DNA from: Ranitomeya imitator
Lineage: Eukaryota
Assembly: GCF_032444005.1 (NCBI RefSeq)
Contig: NC_091289.1
Span: 193,502,001 to 193,566,000 of the forward strand
Length of the DNA: 64,000 nt
Direction: 5' to 3'
The notes beneath the pieces are model-generated. The model was not told the origin of the DNA. It saw only the letters and a program-made list of their open reading frames with translations, and did no database searches. The translations under genes and the position numbers were made by a program. Numbering within the stretch: position 1 is the stretch's first letter; every line of letters begins with the position of its first letter. Positions 37,132-48,964 of this stretch are shown here, in pieces.

Positions 37132-37530
37132 TGACTCACTCCGGTGAGTCATATGTGCGCGCCTGGGCATAGATGTCCTCGCCACTATTTGCGTTCCAGG
37201 CGCATGGTTGTGACTCATTACATCGAGTCAGACGCGCACGCTCCGACAGCATTAACGCCGCTTGCGTTCCAGGGTCTCTGCGCATGTCCATGACTCATTG
37301 TTATGAGTCAGAGGTGCGCGCCCTTCACTGAAAGACGGAAGTGTACCTGACACACACCTCCATTGTTGTGTAATCCACGTGGAACTCAGGCCGCCGCCAT
37401 TAACACTGATTCACCAATGAGGTTAGTTGGACCGCTGTATGTGGGATGTAAGCCCAGGACTGATTGGCTGAATTTCAGCTGTTCTGGATGAATAGGCATT
37501 ACCCCTGATAGGAGTACCATATAAAAGAGA
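37132..37530 (+). promoter_or_regulatory. PLE1 pLTR promoter motifs (mirrored in the left arm)
   Basis: Three TGACTCA-N6-TGAGTCA palindromes at 37132, 37211 (one mismatch) and 37291; CGGAAGT ETS core ~37335; GCCGCCATT; CCAAT/ATTGG boxes; TATAAAA 37520-37526. Confidence 0.55.
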
Positions 37531-37624
37531 CGCCATTCTTGGGTGATTTGATGAGAGGCTCCCTGGAGATTTCATGTCTCGGTTGAGCGCTCCTTCAAAC
37601 CCTGACCACGTACTGACTGCCGTG

Positions 37625-37663
37625 TCCCCTGAGGATTCTTCCCTGAGATGAAACGCGTAGGGA
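37625..37663 (+). ncRNA. Minimal type I hammerhead ribozyme motif (PLE1)
   Basis: TCCC-CTGAGGA-(weak stem II TTCTT/CCCT/GAGAT)-GAAA-CGCG-TA-GGGA: 4-bp stem I, palindromic ACGCGT stem III, GUA cleavage triplet. Confidence 0.6.
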
Positions 37664-38129
37664 GGTGGTCTTTAACGCAGGAGGTGGTCCGGAAGTCCAA
37701 CGGATTCTAGATGGTCGATACCTGATCCATAAGGACTCTTATTTTGACATGGGGAACACATCTCAAAATGCTGCAGCATCACAACTTGGTGAGATTGTTC
37801 CAATAGCTTTATGTGTATCCCCGTGTATCTGAAGGTTTCTTACTGGTGACAGATAGCGGTGCTTTCTTTTTTCACCTTATAGAGAACCTCAAGTTATATC
37901 TCTTTAACAGTAGCATACAATTGTAATGTTGGTTCCCCTGCTTTACTTGACAGGGTGCATATTGTGATTATAAGCCCTGAAGGCTGTGTAAAGGTTCCAA
38001 ATTGACTACTGATTTTTTCTCTTTGGACTGGTTATCAGTTCTCTGTCTGATTGACCTGTTGGTCAATGTACGATTTTTTCATTATATGTTGTGTCATATG
38101 GTTTTTTAATTAGTACTTATTAAACGTTA

Positions 38130-38393
<264 letters not shown>

Positions 38394-38704
38394 CTACTTT
38401 TGTCTCATCTGAACACGCACCACAAGAGAAAATCAGTGTAGAAAACGTCCAAAAACTAGTATTTAAGGTCAAAATACAAAAGTTTATTAAATACACAGAA
38501 ACAGACCTACAGACAGGACAGATGATAAAAGGGTAACAGATCTTTCCCACATAAACAAAAAGGCGGAAGGGCCGAATGTGGAACCACTTGGGAGACAGCA
38601 CATAATCACATATATATGTATAAGCAGGGCATCCCGCACCGTAACCATGTCCCACATAACATACCTGTAAGTACTAAAGGGTCACACACCGGCACTCCCG
38701 CCCT

Positions 38705-38750
38705 CCCCGACGCGCGTTTCGGAAGTATGAAACTTCCTTCCTCAGGGGGC
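38705..38750 (-). ncRNA. Minimal type I hammerhead ribozyme motif (PLE2 left arm)
   Basis: Reverse complement of the motif at 44523-44568. Confidence 0.78.
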
Positions 38751-39713
38751 ATACATCGAGAAACTAAGCCACCATTAAATGCAGGCCAGGGCCGGAAGTG
38801 TACGCCGGCCGGCACAGCGAGCGCCACCCACCCAGAACCGCCGACGTCAGGGCACCAGGATCCCACGTGACCATGACGTCAGGCAGTAGGCGGAGCCACT
38901 GGGCGGGGCCAGGCGGAACACAGCCGCACAGAAGCACGGCCGCGGCCATCTTGGTAAGGGGCATATGCCCACTAAGTACAGCGCTGGAACCGGACAGAGC
39001 TGTACGCATGACAGACTCCCTAGTACGCAGCCACTACAAGGGGGGTGCGCACACCCGCACATGCCGGCCTCCCCAAAGACCGCAGATGCCGGGACGCATG
39101 GGGCCCCATGCGACCACTACATCAAACGGACGGCGAAGTCCACATATACAGGGGGCAGCACCCCACAAGTGGCATACATGTAAACACTTATAACATATCC
39201 GTAACTATTTACAACAAACGAGGATGGATAGTACTATTAGCAGATATATAACACAAAGAACATATACACAATATACATAAATAATCAATAACAGTACACA
39301 AGGGTGTGATATAACAATAAATACAAATAACCACATGGCTGCAACATATCACGACCTGAACATCATATCCTGTAATATAATATATATGCATTACTAATGT
39401 AGCATAAAGAAGTAAATAATAAATTCCATATAGGCGACAGCATATGACGTCCACAGTCCGGATAGTAAATCAAAATAAATGCCATATAGATGACAGCATA
39501 TGACATTCGCAGCCGAACTTAGATGACAAGTCCACATCATGGTTAGATACAGCGCGCAGAAGAATACGGATGGAAGACTAGGTAGCTCATTCTCACATGG
39601 TGCATAACGCTCATACGATGGATATAAATGACACTAAAAAACAGAAGAAGATATAATTAAAATCACATAAAATACAAGAAAATGCGGAAAAAGTCCGCAC
39701 CCATCGGTACACA

Positions 39714-42581
39714 TCACCCGGGGGACTCCAGAAATGGGGCAAACGAAAGGCACTCATTAAGGCCAGAGGGGTGGACCGTATTGAGAGTCCATATCCACCT
39801 CGTCTCCAGCCTCGCCAAACGCCCAGATAACCCACCACCCCTAATATTGATTTTAAGAGCATCGATACCACGTACCCTCAACAGGGTACTATCACAATTA
39901 TGGAAAGCTTTAAAATGCCGTGGTATCGTCTTAAGTGTGGATGCGTCCGCCTGGCGGACCGCCGCCTGGATACCCAACACGTGCTCCCTCGTGCGGACCT
40001 TAAGTTGGCGCGTTGTTAGTCCAACATAAATAAGGCCGCACGGGCACGTGGCATAATAAATTACGTATCTAGTAGTGCAAGTGATACGCTGCCTAATCTC
40101 AAATGACCTTGTGCCCTCAGAGTTACAGAAACTATTGCACCGGTCAATGTTGGGACAGGCGACGCATCCACCACACGGAACACATCCACCACTCCTTTTG
40201 AATCCATCCAAGAAGGTGGGCAACGGGCACTCGGGATAATGGCTGGAGACGAGGTGGTCCTTTAAATTTTTGGCACGTGTGAATGACATAGACGGTCTAG
40301 ATGGCACAATTTTCTTCAAAACGGGGTCCACCCTAAGAATTGGCCAGGCCTGCTCCAGAATAGCACGTACCCTACTGGACTGCGAGCTAAATGTGGTTAC
40401 AAACCTAGTTTGGTCATCCGTCCTAGATCTACCACTCCCACCTCCCCCGTAGAGCAAATCATTTCTCGAAGCATATTTAGCACAATGATAGGCAGATTTA
40501 ATAACCCTACGGCTATAACCGCGTGCCACAAAGCGCTGTCTTAATTCATCCGCCCTTGCCTCAAAGGCCGCATCGGAGGAACAGATCCGCCGCAGCCGGA
40601 GAAACTGGCCCACCGGCACGGAACGGATCATGTGCCTAGGATGCCCAGACGAAGCAAACAACAAGGTGTTGGTGGATGTCTCCTTCCTGTAGATGTCAGT
40701 TTGTAGGACCCCAGATTGATCCCGCTTAATAGTTACATCCAGGAAGTCCAATGAGACATCACTCTGACAAAACGTCAGATGTATGTTCAGGTCATTGTTA
40801 TTCAAAGTATGAATCAGCTGCCCAAGGTCGACGGGTGTGCCCTGCCAGATGAAGAAGATGTCGTCAATGTACTGCGTCCAAAAGGGGACGCGGTCCATTA
40901 ACCCCTGTTCATCCGACAGGAAGAGGTCCCTCTCCCACAGCCCCAGGAAAAGACCGGCATAGGCAGGCGCAAAGGCCGCCCCCATGGCGGTCCCCCGGAG
41001 CTGTAGGTAGAAGGACCCCTTAAAAACAAAAAAGTTATGGGTGAGGGTGAACTCCAATAGTTCCAGCAGAAGGTCCCTCATCTCAACAGATAGTGTAGAT
41101 GTACCTAAGAAAAATCGAACGGCACTGATGCCGTCTTGATGTTTAATATTAGTGTAGAGGGCCTCAACATCCGCTGAAACCAGAAGAGTATTACCCTCCA
41201 AACACAACCCGTCGACCCTCCGCAGCAAATCACCAGTATCCTTTAGAAACGACGGGAGGCCAGAGACGAGGGGCTGGAGGTGGAAGTCAATCCATTTGTT
41301 GACATGCTCCAGGAAGTTTCCTCTACCCGAAATAATTGGTCTACCAGGTGGGGAGGAGATATTCTTGTGTATCTTTGGAAGGAGATACAAGGTTGGAATA
41401 GTAGGCTCAGGAACTGCCAATGCCGAAGCCAACTGTTTGGTGATAATGCCGTCCTGGAGGGCTCTATCAAGGATATCATCCAGCTGGGAAGAGTACGCTG
41501 CAAGAGGATTGTACGTTAGTTTTTTATAGCATGTCGCATCACCCAGCTGGCGGAATGCCTCTTTCTCGTACATAGTACTGGGCCACAGGACGACATTACC
41601 ACCCTTATCGGCCGGTTTAACTATAACACCTGGCAGTCCCTGCAAGTACTCCAACCTGTGTCTCTCTTCCACTGTAAGATTATCATTAGTAATGAATTTG
41701 GGAACTTGATATAGTTCCTCCGTCACCACCTGGACGAACAACTCAATATTAGCACAGGTAGATAGTGGATGAAACTTCCTGGAACGAGGGCGGATAGAGG
41801 GCGGTATCTTACCTCCATCACCGATATGCTCCACCGCCAGCTCCTCAAGTATTCTCAAGGCCTCCCGTTCCTCTTCTGTTGGAAAAACTGATGCAAGATG
41901 ATTAGTATTAAAATACCTTTTGAACAACAATGACCTGGCAAAGATATGTAGGTCCTTGATAGTAGTAAAAAGATCAAATTTCGGTGTCGGGACAAAAGAG
42001 AGGCCCTTACCAAGCAGACCTAAATCAGTCTGTGTCAGAGAATAATTTGTAAGATTAATCACCTTGTTGTCATGGGCAGAGGTCGAGAAAGATTTCCTCT
42101 TATAGGGGTGGTAGGAGTGGTCACGGAATCTTGAAGCCTCTCTAGATCCAGTTATATTAACAGATGACGAAGATATATCTGATTGCCCACTAACGGATGA
42201 AATGGAGGCATTCGAAATACTTATACTCTGGTCCAAATTAGTACGTTTCCTCCACATATATACCTTCTTAAGTTGATAATCTTTTAGGTCCCTAGAGTAT
42301 TTAGTCATCTGGGTTTCCTGGATTTTTTTAACTAATAAATCAGTCGATTTTTCCAGTTCCAACTCAAACTGCTGAATCCTCTCAGGTGGACACCCACTCC
42401 TCAGATCAGCCAATGTAGAATCAATCAGACCGTCTAACTCATTAATGCTGGCAGTATTACGATCCACCAGAAGTTGTAAAACTATCATTGAGCAAGCATT
42501 ACAAGCCTCCTCCCACTTGTCAATAAATCCTGACTCATCGACTTGAAATGATGGTATGACCTTAACTCGCAGTCCTGACAT
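39714..42581 (-). CDS. PLE2 RT + Zn linker + GIY-YIG endonuclease, open 955 aa
   Basis: KGLSFVPT, VKPADKGG, SADVEALY, GTAMGA, YIDD; CVPCGGCVAC; VIYYATCPCGLIYVGLT. Confidence 0.93.
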   Translation of the reverse strand: MSGLRVKVIPSFQVDESGFIDKWEEACNACSMIVLQLLVDRNTASINELDGLIDSTLADLRSGCPPERIQQFELELEKSTDLLVKKIQETQMTKYSRDLKDYQLKKVYMWRKRTNLDQSISISNASISSVSGQSDISSSSVNITGSREASRFRDHSYHPYKRKSFSTSAHDNKVINLTNYSLTQTDLGLLGKGLSFVPTPKFDLFTTIKDLHIFARSLLFKRYFNTNHLASVFPTEEEREALRILEELAVEHIGDGGKIPPSIRPRSRKFHPLSTCANIELFVQVVTEELYQVPKFITNDNLTVEERHRLEYLQGLPGVIVKPADKGGNVVLWPSTMYEKEAFRQLGDATCYKKLTYNPLAAYSSQLDDILDRALQDGIITKQLASALAVPEPTIPTLYLLPKIHKNISSPPGRPIISGRGNFLEHVNKWIDFHLQPLVSGLPSFLKDTGDLLRRVDGLCLEGNTLLVSADVEALYTNIKHQDGISAVRFFLGTSTLSVEMRDLLLELLEFTLTHNFFVFKGSFYLQLRGTAMGAAFAPAYAGLFLGLWERDLFLSDEQGLMDRVPFWTQYIDDIFFIWQGTPVDLGQLIHTLNNNDLNIHLTFCQSDVSLDFLDVTIKRDQSGVLQTDIYRKETSTNTLLFASSGHPRHMIRSVPVGQFLRLRRICSSDAAFEARADELRQRFVARGYSRRVIKSAYHCAKYASRNDLLYGGGGSGRSRTDDQTRFVTTFSSQSSRVRAILEQAWPILRVDPVLKKIVPSRPSMSFTRAKNLKDHLVSSHYPECPLPTFLDGFKRSGGCVPCGGCVACPNIDRCNSFCNSEGTRSFEIRQRITCTTRYVIYYATCPCGLIYVGLTTRQLKVRTREHVLGIQAAVRQADASTLKTIPRHFKAFHNCDSTLLRVRGIDALKINIRGGGLSGRLARLETRWIWTLNTVHPSGLNECLSFAPFLESPG

Positions 42582-43560
42582 CTACAGGAAGGAGACATCC
42601 ACCAACACCTTGTTGTTTGCTTCGTCTGGGCATCCTAGGCACATGATCCGTTCCGTGCCGGTGGGCCAGTTTCTCCGGCTGCGGCGGATCTGTTCCTCCG
42701 ATGCGGCCTTTGAGGCAAGGGTGGATGAATTAAGATAGCGCTTTGTGGCACGCGGCTATAGCCGTAGGGTTATTAAATCTGCCTATCATCGTGCTAAATA
42801 TGCTTCGAGAAATGATTTGCTCTACGGGGGAGGTGGGAGTGGTAGATCTAGGACGGATGACCAAACTAGGTTTGTAACCACATTTAGCTCGCAGTCCAGT
42901 AGGGTACGTGCTATTCTGGAGCAGGCCTGGCCAATTCTTAGGGTGGACCCCGTTTTGAAGAAAATTGTGCCATCTAGACCGTCTATGTCATTCAGACGTG
43001 CCAAAAATTTAAAGGACCACCTCGTCTCCAGCCATTATCCCGAGCGCCCGTTGCCCACCTTCTTGGATGGATTCAAAAGGAGTGGTGGATGTGTTCCGTG
43101 TGGTGGATGCGTCGCCTGTCCCAACATTGACCGATGCAATAGTTTCTGTAACTCTGAGGGCACAAGGTCATTTGAGATTAGGCAGCGTATCACTTGCACT
43201 ACTAGATACGTAATTTATTATGCCACGTGCCCGTGCGGCCTTATTTATGTTGGACTAACAACGCGCCAACTTAAGGTCCGCACGAGGGAGCACGTGTTGG
43301 GTATCCAGGCGGCGGTCCGCCAGGCGGACGCATCCACACTTAAGACGATACCACGGCATTTTAAAGCTTTCCATAATTGTGATAGTACCCTGTTGAGGGT
43401 ACGTGGTATCGATGCTCTTAAAATCAATATTAGGGGTGGTGGGTTATCTGGGCGTTTGGCGAGGCTGGAGACGAGGTGGATCTGGACTCTCAATACGGTC
43501 CACCCCTCTGGCCTTAATGAGTGCCTTTCGTTTGCCCCATTTCTGGAGTCCCCCGGGTGA
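42575..43560 (+). pseudogene. Inverted partial copy of the PLE2 ORF (thumb + endonuclease) with one nonsense change
   Basis: Matches the C-terminal part of the 955-aa ORF; CAG>TAG at 42736-42738. Confidence 0.9.
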
Positions 43561-44522
43561 TGTGTACCGATGGGTGCGGACTTTTTCCGCATTTTCTTGT
43601 ATTTTATGTGATTTTAATTATATCTTCTTCTGTTTTTTAGTGTCATTTATATCCATCGTATGAGCGTTATGCACCATGTGAGAATGAGCTACCTAGTCTT
43701 CCATCCGTATTCTTCTGCGCGCTGTATCTAACCATGATGTGGACTTGTCATCTAAGTTCGGCTGCGAATGTCATATGCTGTCATCTATATGGCATTTATT
43801 TTGATTTACTATCTGGACTGTGGACGTCATATGCTGTCGCCTATATGGAATTTATTATTTACTTCTTTATGCTACATTAGTAATGCATATATATTATATT
43901 ACAGGATATGATGTTCAGGTCGTGATATGTTGCAGCCATGTGGTTATTTGTATTTATTGTTATATCACACCCTTGTGTACTTTATTGATTATTTATGTAT
44001 ATTGTGTATATGTTCTTTGTGTTATATATCTGCTAATAGTACTATCCATCCTGGTTTGTTGTAAATAGTTACGGATATGTTATAAGTGTTTACATGTATG
44101 CCACTTGTGGGGTGCTGCCCCCTGTATATGTGGACTTCGCCGTCCGTTTGATGTAGTGGTCGCATGGGGCCCCATGCGTCCCGGCATCTGCGGTCTTTGG
44201 GGAGGCCGGCATGTGCGGGTGTGCGCACCCCCCTTGTAGTGGCTGCGTACTAGGGAGTCTGTCATGCGTACAGCTCTGTCCGGTTCCAGCGCTGTACTTA
44301 GTGGGCATATGCCCCTTACCAAGATGGCCGCGGCCGTGCTTCTGTGCGGCTGTGTTCCGCCTGGCCCCGCCCAGTGGCTCCGCCTACTGCCTGACGTCAT
44401 GGTCACGTGGGATCCTGGTGCCCTGACGTCGGCGGTTCTGGGTGGGCGGCGCTCGCTGTGCCGGCCGGCGTACACTTCCGGCCCTGGCCTGCATTTAATG
44501 GTGGCTTAGTTTCTCGATGTAT

Positions 44523-44568
44523 GCCCCCTGAGGAAGGAAGTTTCATACTTCCGAAACGCGCGTCGGGG
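44523..44568 (+). ncRNA. Minimal type I hammerhead ribozyme motif (PLE2 right arm)
   Basis: CCCC-CTGAGGA-A-GGAAGT/TTCAT/ACTTCC-GAAA-C-GCGC-G-TC-GGGG: 6-bp stem II, extra A after the core, palindromic stem III, GUC triplet. Confidence 0.78.
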
Positions 44569-45555
44569 AGGGCGGGAGTGCCGGTGTGTGACCCTTTAGT
44601 ACTTACAGGTATGTTATGTGGGACATGGTTACGGTGCGGGATGCCCTGCTTATACATATATATGTGATTATGTGCTGTCTCCCAAGTGGTTCCACATTCG
44701 GCCCTTCCGCCTTTTTGTTTATGTGGGAAAGATCTGTTACCCTTTTATCATCTGTCCTGTCTGTAGGTCTGTTTCTGTGTATTTAATAAACTTTTGTATT
44801 TTGACCTTAAATACTACTTTTTGGACGTTTTCTACACTGATTTTCTCTTGTGGTGCGTGTTCTATGGACGTCAGTGTGTCCGTACATGTCCAACTATATA
44901 CTATGGGTTATTTCTACATGTCTTTGAGACATTATTATAGCATGTTGCCCCATAGTTTTAGGTGTTTTCCTGTTTATTATTTTGTCTCATCCGAACAGAG
45001 AACATTCTTCCAAAACGTTTTAGGCTTTTTCAGGTAAGTTTTGGCAAACTCCAGCCTGGCTTTTTTATGTCTCGGGGTAAGAAGTGGGGTCTTCCTGGGT
45101 CTCCTACCATACAGTCCCTTTTCATTCAGACACCGACGGATAGTACGGGTTGACACTGTTGTACCCTCGGACTGCAGGGCAGCTTGAACTTGTTTGGATG
45201 TTAGTCCAGGTTCTTTATCCAACATCCGCACAATCTTGCGTTGAAATCTCTTGTCAATTTTTCTTTTCCGTCCACATCTAGGGAGGTTAGCCACAGTGCC
45301 ATGGGCTTTACACTTCTTGATGACACTGCGCACGGTAGACACAGGAACATTCAGGTCTTTGGTGATGGACTTGTAGCCTTGAGATTGCTCATGCTTCCTC
45401 ACAATTTGGTTTCTCAAGTCCTCAGACAATTCTTTGGTCTTCTTTCTTTTCTCCATGCTCAATGTGGTACACAAGGACACAGGACAGAGGTTGAGTCAAC
45501 TTTAATCCATGTCAACTGGCTGCAAGGGTGATTTAGTTATTGCCAACACCTGTTA

Positions 45556-45883
45556 GGGTATGTTTCCACTTTCAGGAAACGCTGCGTTTTTGACGCTGCG
45601 TTTTTCAACAGCGTCAAAAACGCAGCATCCAGATGTTACAGCATAGTGGAGGGGGTTTCATGAAATCCCGTCTCCACTATGCATTAAAAGACGCATGCGG
45701 CAGACCCACGGAAACGGACATGCGGCGCGTCTTAAGAACGCAGCATGTCCTTACATTGCAGAAAAAAACGCAAGGACAGCGCAGTTGACCTGCCAGTGAC
45801 CTCAAGTGCAGATTTGGTCAGGATTTTACCTGCATAAAATCCTGACCAAATCCTGATGCAATCCTAAACGTGGAGACATACCC
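45556..45883. mobile_element. MITE (Harbinger-like) in the Tc1 5' region
   Basis: GGGTATGTTTCCAC...GTGGAGACATACCC termini with a TTA TSD. Confidence 0.85.
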
Positions 45884-46222
45884 TTAGGTGCCACATGTAA
45901 GTTACAGGTGCTGCTAATTACACTAATTAGAGAAGCATCACATGATTTTTCGAACAGTGCCAATACTTTTGTCCACCCCCTTTTTTATGTTTGGTGTGGA
46001 ATTATATCCAATGTAGCTTTAGGACAATTCTTTTTGTGTTTTTTTATTTAAGACAAATTAACTGAAGATAATAATACCAAAGAATTTGTGTTTCAATCAT
46101 TTTCAGGAAGAAACTGAGTGTTATCTGACAGAATTGCAGGGGTGTCAATACTTTTGGCCATGACTGTATATAATGTCACCCTGCATTTCACACAACGTTC
46201 TGATATCGCTCCATCTTGTTAC

Positions 46223-46318
46223 CTTGGAGGAGAGGTAAAGTCCAACTCCGGTGATGCTGGAAGCCTTCATCATTGTGTCTCTGGGGTTTATCTCGATGGG
46301 ACCTCGGGATCCAACTAT
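46223..46318 (-). CDS. CRYZ: CRYZ copy A coding exon 7 ([32 protein letters not shown])
   Basis: 96 nt, AG/GT boundaries, homologous to human [16 protein letters not shown]. Confidence 0.95.
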
Positions 46319-46494
46319 CTAGAATAAGAGAACACAGCGCACGGCTAGAACTGTGCTTTGGAAAAGATGAATGTTGCAGTCAGTAAAATCTGATTTTCTG
46401 GAGTTTTTAGCTGCTGTTTCCTGATCCTGGCTTCTTTCATGTTGCCTATAGAGAGCGCCCCCTTTCTGTATATGGCTTGGCTATTGGTGTAACC

Positions 46495-47865
46495 AGCCAG
46501 CCCCATCACACAGAGCACTGGAGACCAGCCAGCCCCCATCATACACAGCACTGGTGACCTGCCAGCCCCCATCACACACAGCACTGGAGACCCGCCAGCC
46601 CCCATCATACACAGCACTGGTGACCCGCCAGCCCCCATCACACACAGCACTGGAGACCCGCCAGCCCCCATCACACACAGCACTGGAGACCCGCCAGCCC
46701 CCATCACACACAGCACTGGAGACCCGCCAGCCCCCATCACACACAGCACTGGAGACCTGCCAGCCCCATCACACACAGCACTGGAGACCCGCCAGCCCCC
46801 ATCACACACAGCACTGGAGACCCGCCAGCCCCCATCACACACAGCACTGGAGACCTGCCAGCCCCATCACACACAGCACTGGAGACCCGCCAGCCCCCAT
46901 CACACACAGCACTGGAGACCCGCCAGCCCCCATCACACACAGCACTGGAGACCCGCCAGCCCCCATCACACACAGCACTGGAGACCCGCCAGCCCCCATC
47001 ACACACAGCACTGGAGACCAGCCAGCCCCCATCATACACAGCACTGGAGACCCGCCAGCCCCATCACACACAGCACCGGAGACCTGCCAGCCCCCATCAC
47101 ACACAGCACTGGAGACCTGCCAGCCCCCATCACACACAGCACCGGAGACCCGCCAGCCCCCATCACACACAGCACTGGAGACCCGCCAGCCCCCATCACA
47201 CACAGCACTGGAGACCTGCCAGCCCCATCACACACAGCACTGGAGACCCGCCAGCCCCCATCACACACAGCACTGGAGACCCGCCAGCCCCCATCACACA
47301 CAGCACTGGAGACCCGCCAGCCCCCATCACACACAGCACTGGAGACCCGCCAGCCCCCATCACACACAGCACTGGAGACCAGCCAGCCCCCATCACACAC
47401 AGCACTGGAGACCCGCCAGCCCCCATCACACACAGCACTGGAGACCAGCCAGCCCCATCACACACAGCACCGGAGACCTGCCAGCCCCCATCACACACAG
47501 CACTGGAGACCAGCCAGCCCCCATCATACACAGCACTGGAGACCCGCCAGCCCCCATCACACACAGCACTGGAGACCCGCCAGCCCCATCACACACAGCA
47601 CCGGAGACCTGCCAGCCCCCATCACACACAGCACTGGAGACCAGCCAGCCCCCATCACACACAGCACTGGAGACCCGCCAGCCCCATCACACACAGCACT
47701 GGAGACCCGCCAGCCCCATCACACACAGCACCGGAGACCTGCCAGCCCCCATCACACACAGCACTGGAGACCTGCCAGCCCCCATCACACACAGCACTGG
47801 AGACCCGCCAGCCTCATCACACACAGCACTGGAGACCCGCCAGCCCCATCACACACAGCACTGGT
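46495..47865. repeat. 32/33-bp minisatellite (CAGCCCCCATCACACACAGCACTGGAGACCCGC)
   Basis: About 40 tandem units in CRYZ-A intron 6. Confidence 0.97.
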
Positions 47866-48200
47866 AGTGACGTCCTGTGTCACAAACTGGAAGTGGAGCT
47901 GTTAAACCTGAGACCCAGCGAGAGCTGCCAGTGCCCAGGAATAGAGCCTTCTGTGCCCCCGGGCCAGCGTTACACCCTTTTTTTCTCAAATACATGTCTT
48001 CAGGTAAATACTGCTGTAATTACAGTTTCCTTTTGCTCCTTTAGTTCTTTTTTTGCTTTGAGCAGGTATAATGGGGCACAGCCTGAACAGCACCGTACAC
48101 CATCCAGTGGCCGTTCTCGGTACTGCAGCTTGGCTCCTATAGAAGTAAATGTATTCAGGCCACTACAGGGTGCGAGCCGCGCTGGTACAGCTTCGTACAC

Positions 48201-48395
48201 CAGGGGTGTCAAACTGCATTCCCCGAGGGCTGCAAACAGGTCATGTTTTCAGGATTTCCTTGTACTGCACAGGTGATAATTTAATCACCAACTCATTATT
48301 TGTGAAGGTGATTAAATTATCACCTGTGCAGTACAAGGAAATCCTGAAAACATGACCCGTTTGCAGCCCTCGAGGAATGCAGTTTGGCACCCCTG
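48201..48395. mobile_element. Near-perfect palindromic hAT-type MITE
   Basis: CAGGGGTGTCAAAC...GTTTGGCACCCCTG, ~88-bp arms; approximate 8-bp TSD (TCGTACAC / GCGTACAC, offset by one base). Confidence 0.8.
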
Positions 48396-48597
48396 CGCGT
48401 ACACTGTATACTGTGGGCAGACAGGACCTGGAAGCTGCTGATCATGGGGGGTTCTGGACCCTCACTAATGTGGTATAGGCGACGGATCCTAAACATCCCA
48501 TCGATAACCAAGAAAACCTTTAATAGGAGAAAAGGCGGCATGGAAGGAAAGAAGTGACAGAAGGGACCAGTGCGCAGACAGGATACATGGCGCCTAC

Positions 48598-48699
48598 CAT
48601 CACTCGGCCGCCGGATGATAGGAGTTTCAGGTCATTGCTCAGGTTCACATTGGACAACATCTCCAGGATGACATTAACCCCGTCCTCTCCGGCAGCCTC
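48598..48699 (-). CDS. CRYZ: CRYZ copy A coding exon 6 ([34 protein letters not shown])
   Basis: 102 nt, AG/GT boundaries; EMLxNVNLS motif. Confidence 0.95.
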
Positions 48700-48814
48700 C
48701 TAAATATTGGAAAGTAGAATGCATCTCTCCATAATAAATGGGGTCATCCTGTTCCCGGACGTCACTTATACCGGGGGGTTGGGGGGTATTATAGTATACA
48801 ATGCGGACACTGAC

Positions 48815-48964
48815 CCGGATCTTCTCGATGTAATCCTTCTCCCTGTGGTTGAACACCTTGTGGGCTCCATTTTGTAAAACCAGATTTAGCCCCTCGGGGC
48901 TGCCGGCGGTGCCGAATACCTTGAATCCATGGGCCCTGGCGATCTGACAAGCCGCTATCCCCAC
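48815..48964 (-). CDS. CRYZ: CRYZ copy A coding exon 5 ([21 protein letters not shown]...EKIR)
   Basis: 150 nt, AG/GT boundaries; matches human [28 protein letters not shown]. Confidence 0.96.

Larger units (their letters stand above)
38416..44979. mobile_element. Penelope-like element insertion 2 (different Neptune-type family), head-to-head inverted
   Basis: 18-bp TSD TTTTGTCTCATC(T/C)GAACA (38398-38415, 44980-44997); 38411-40699 is the reverse complement of 42575-44862. Confidence 0.94.

Noticed and set aside
46345-47867. 437-aa ORF and antisense MCDGGWRVSSAV ORFs
   Set aside because: Products of the 32/33-bp minisatellite in CRYZ-A intron 6.
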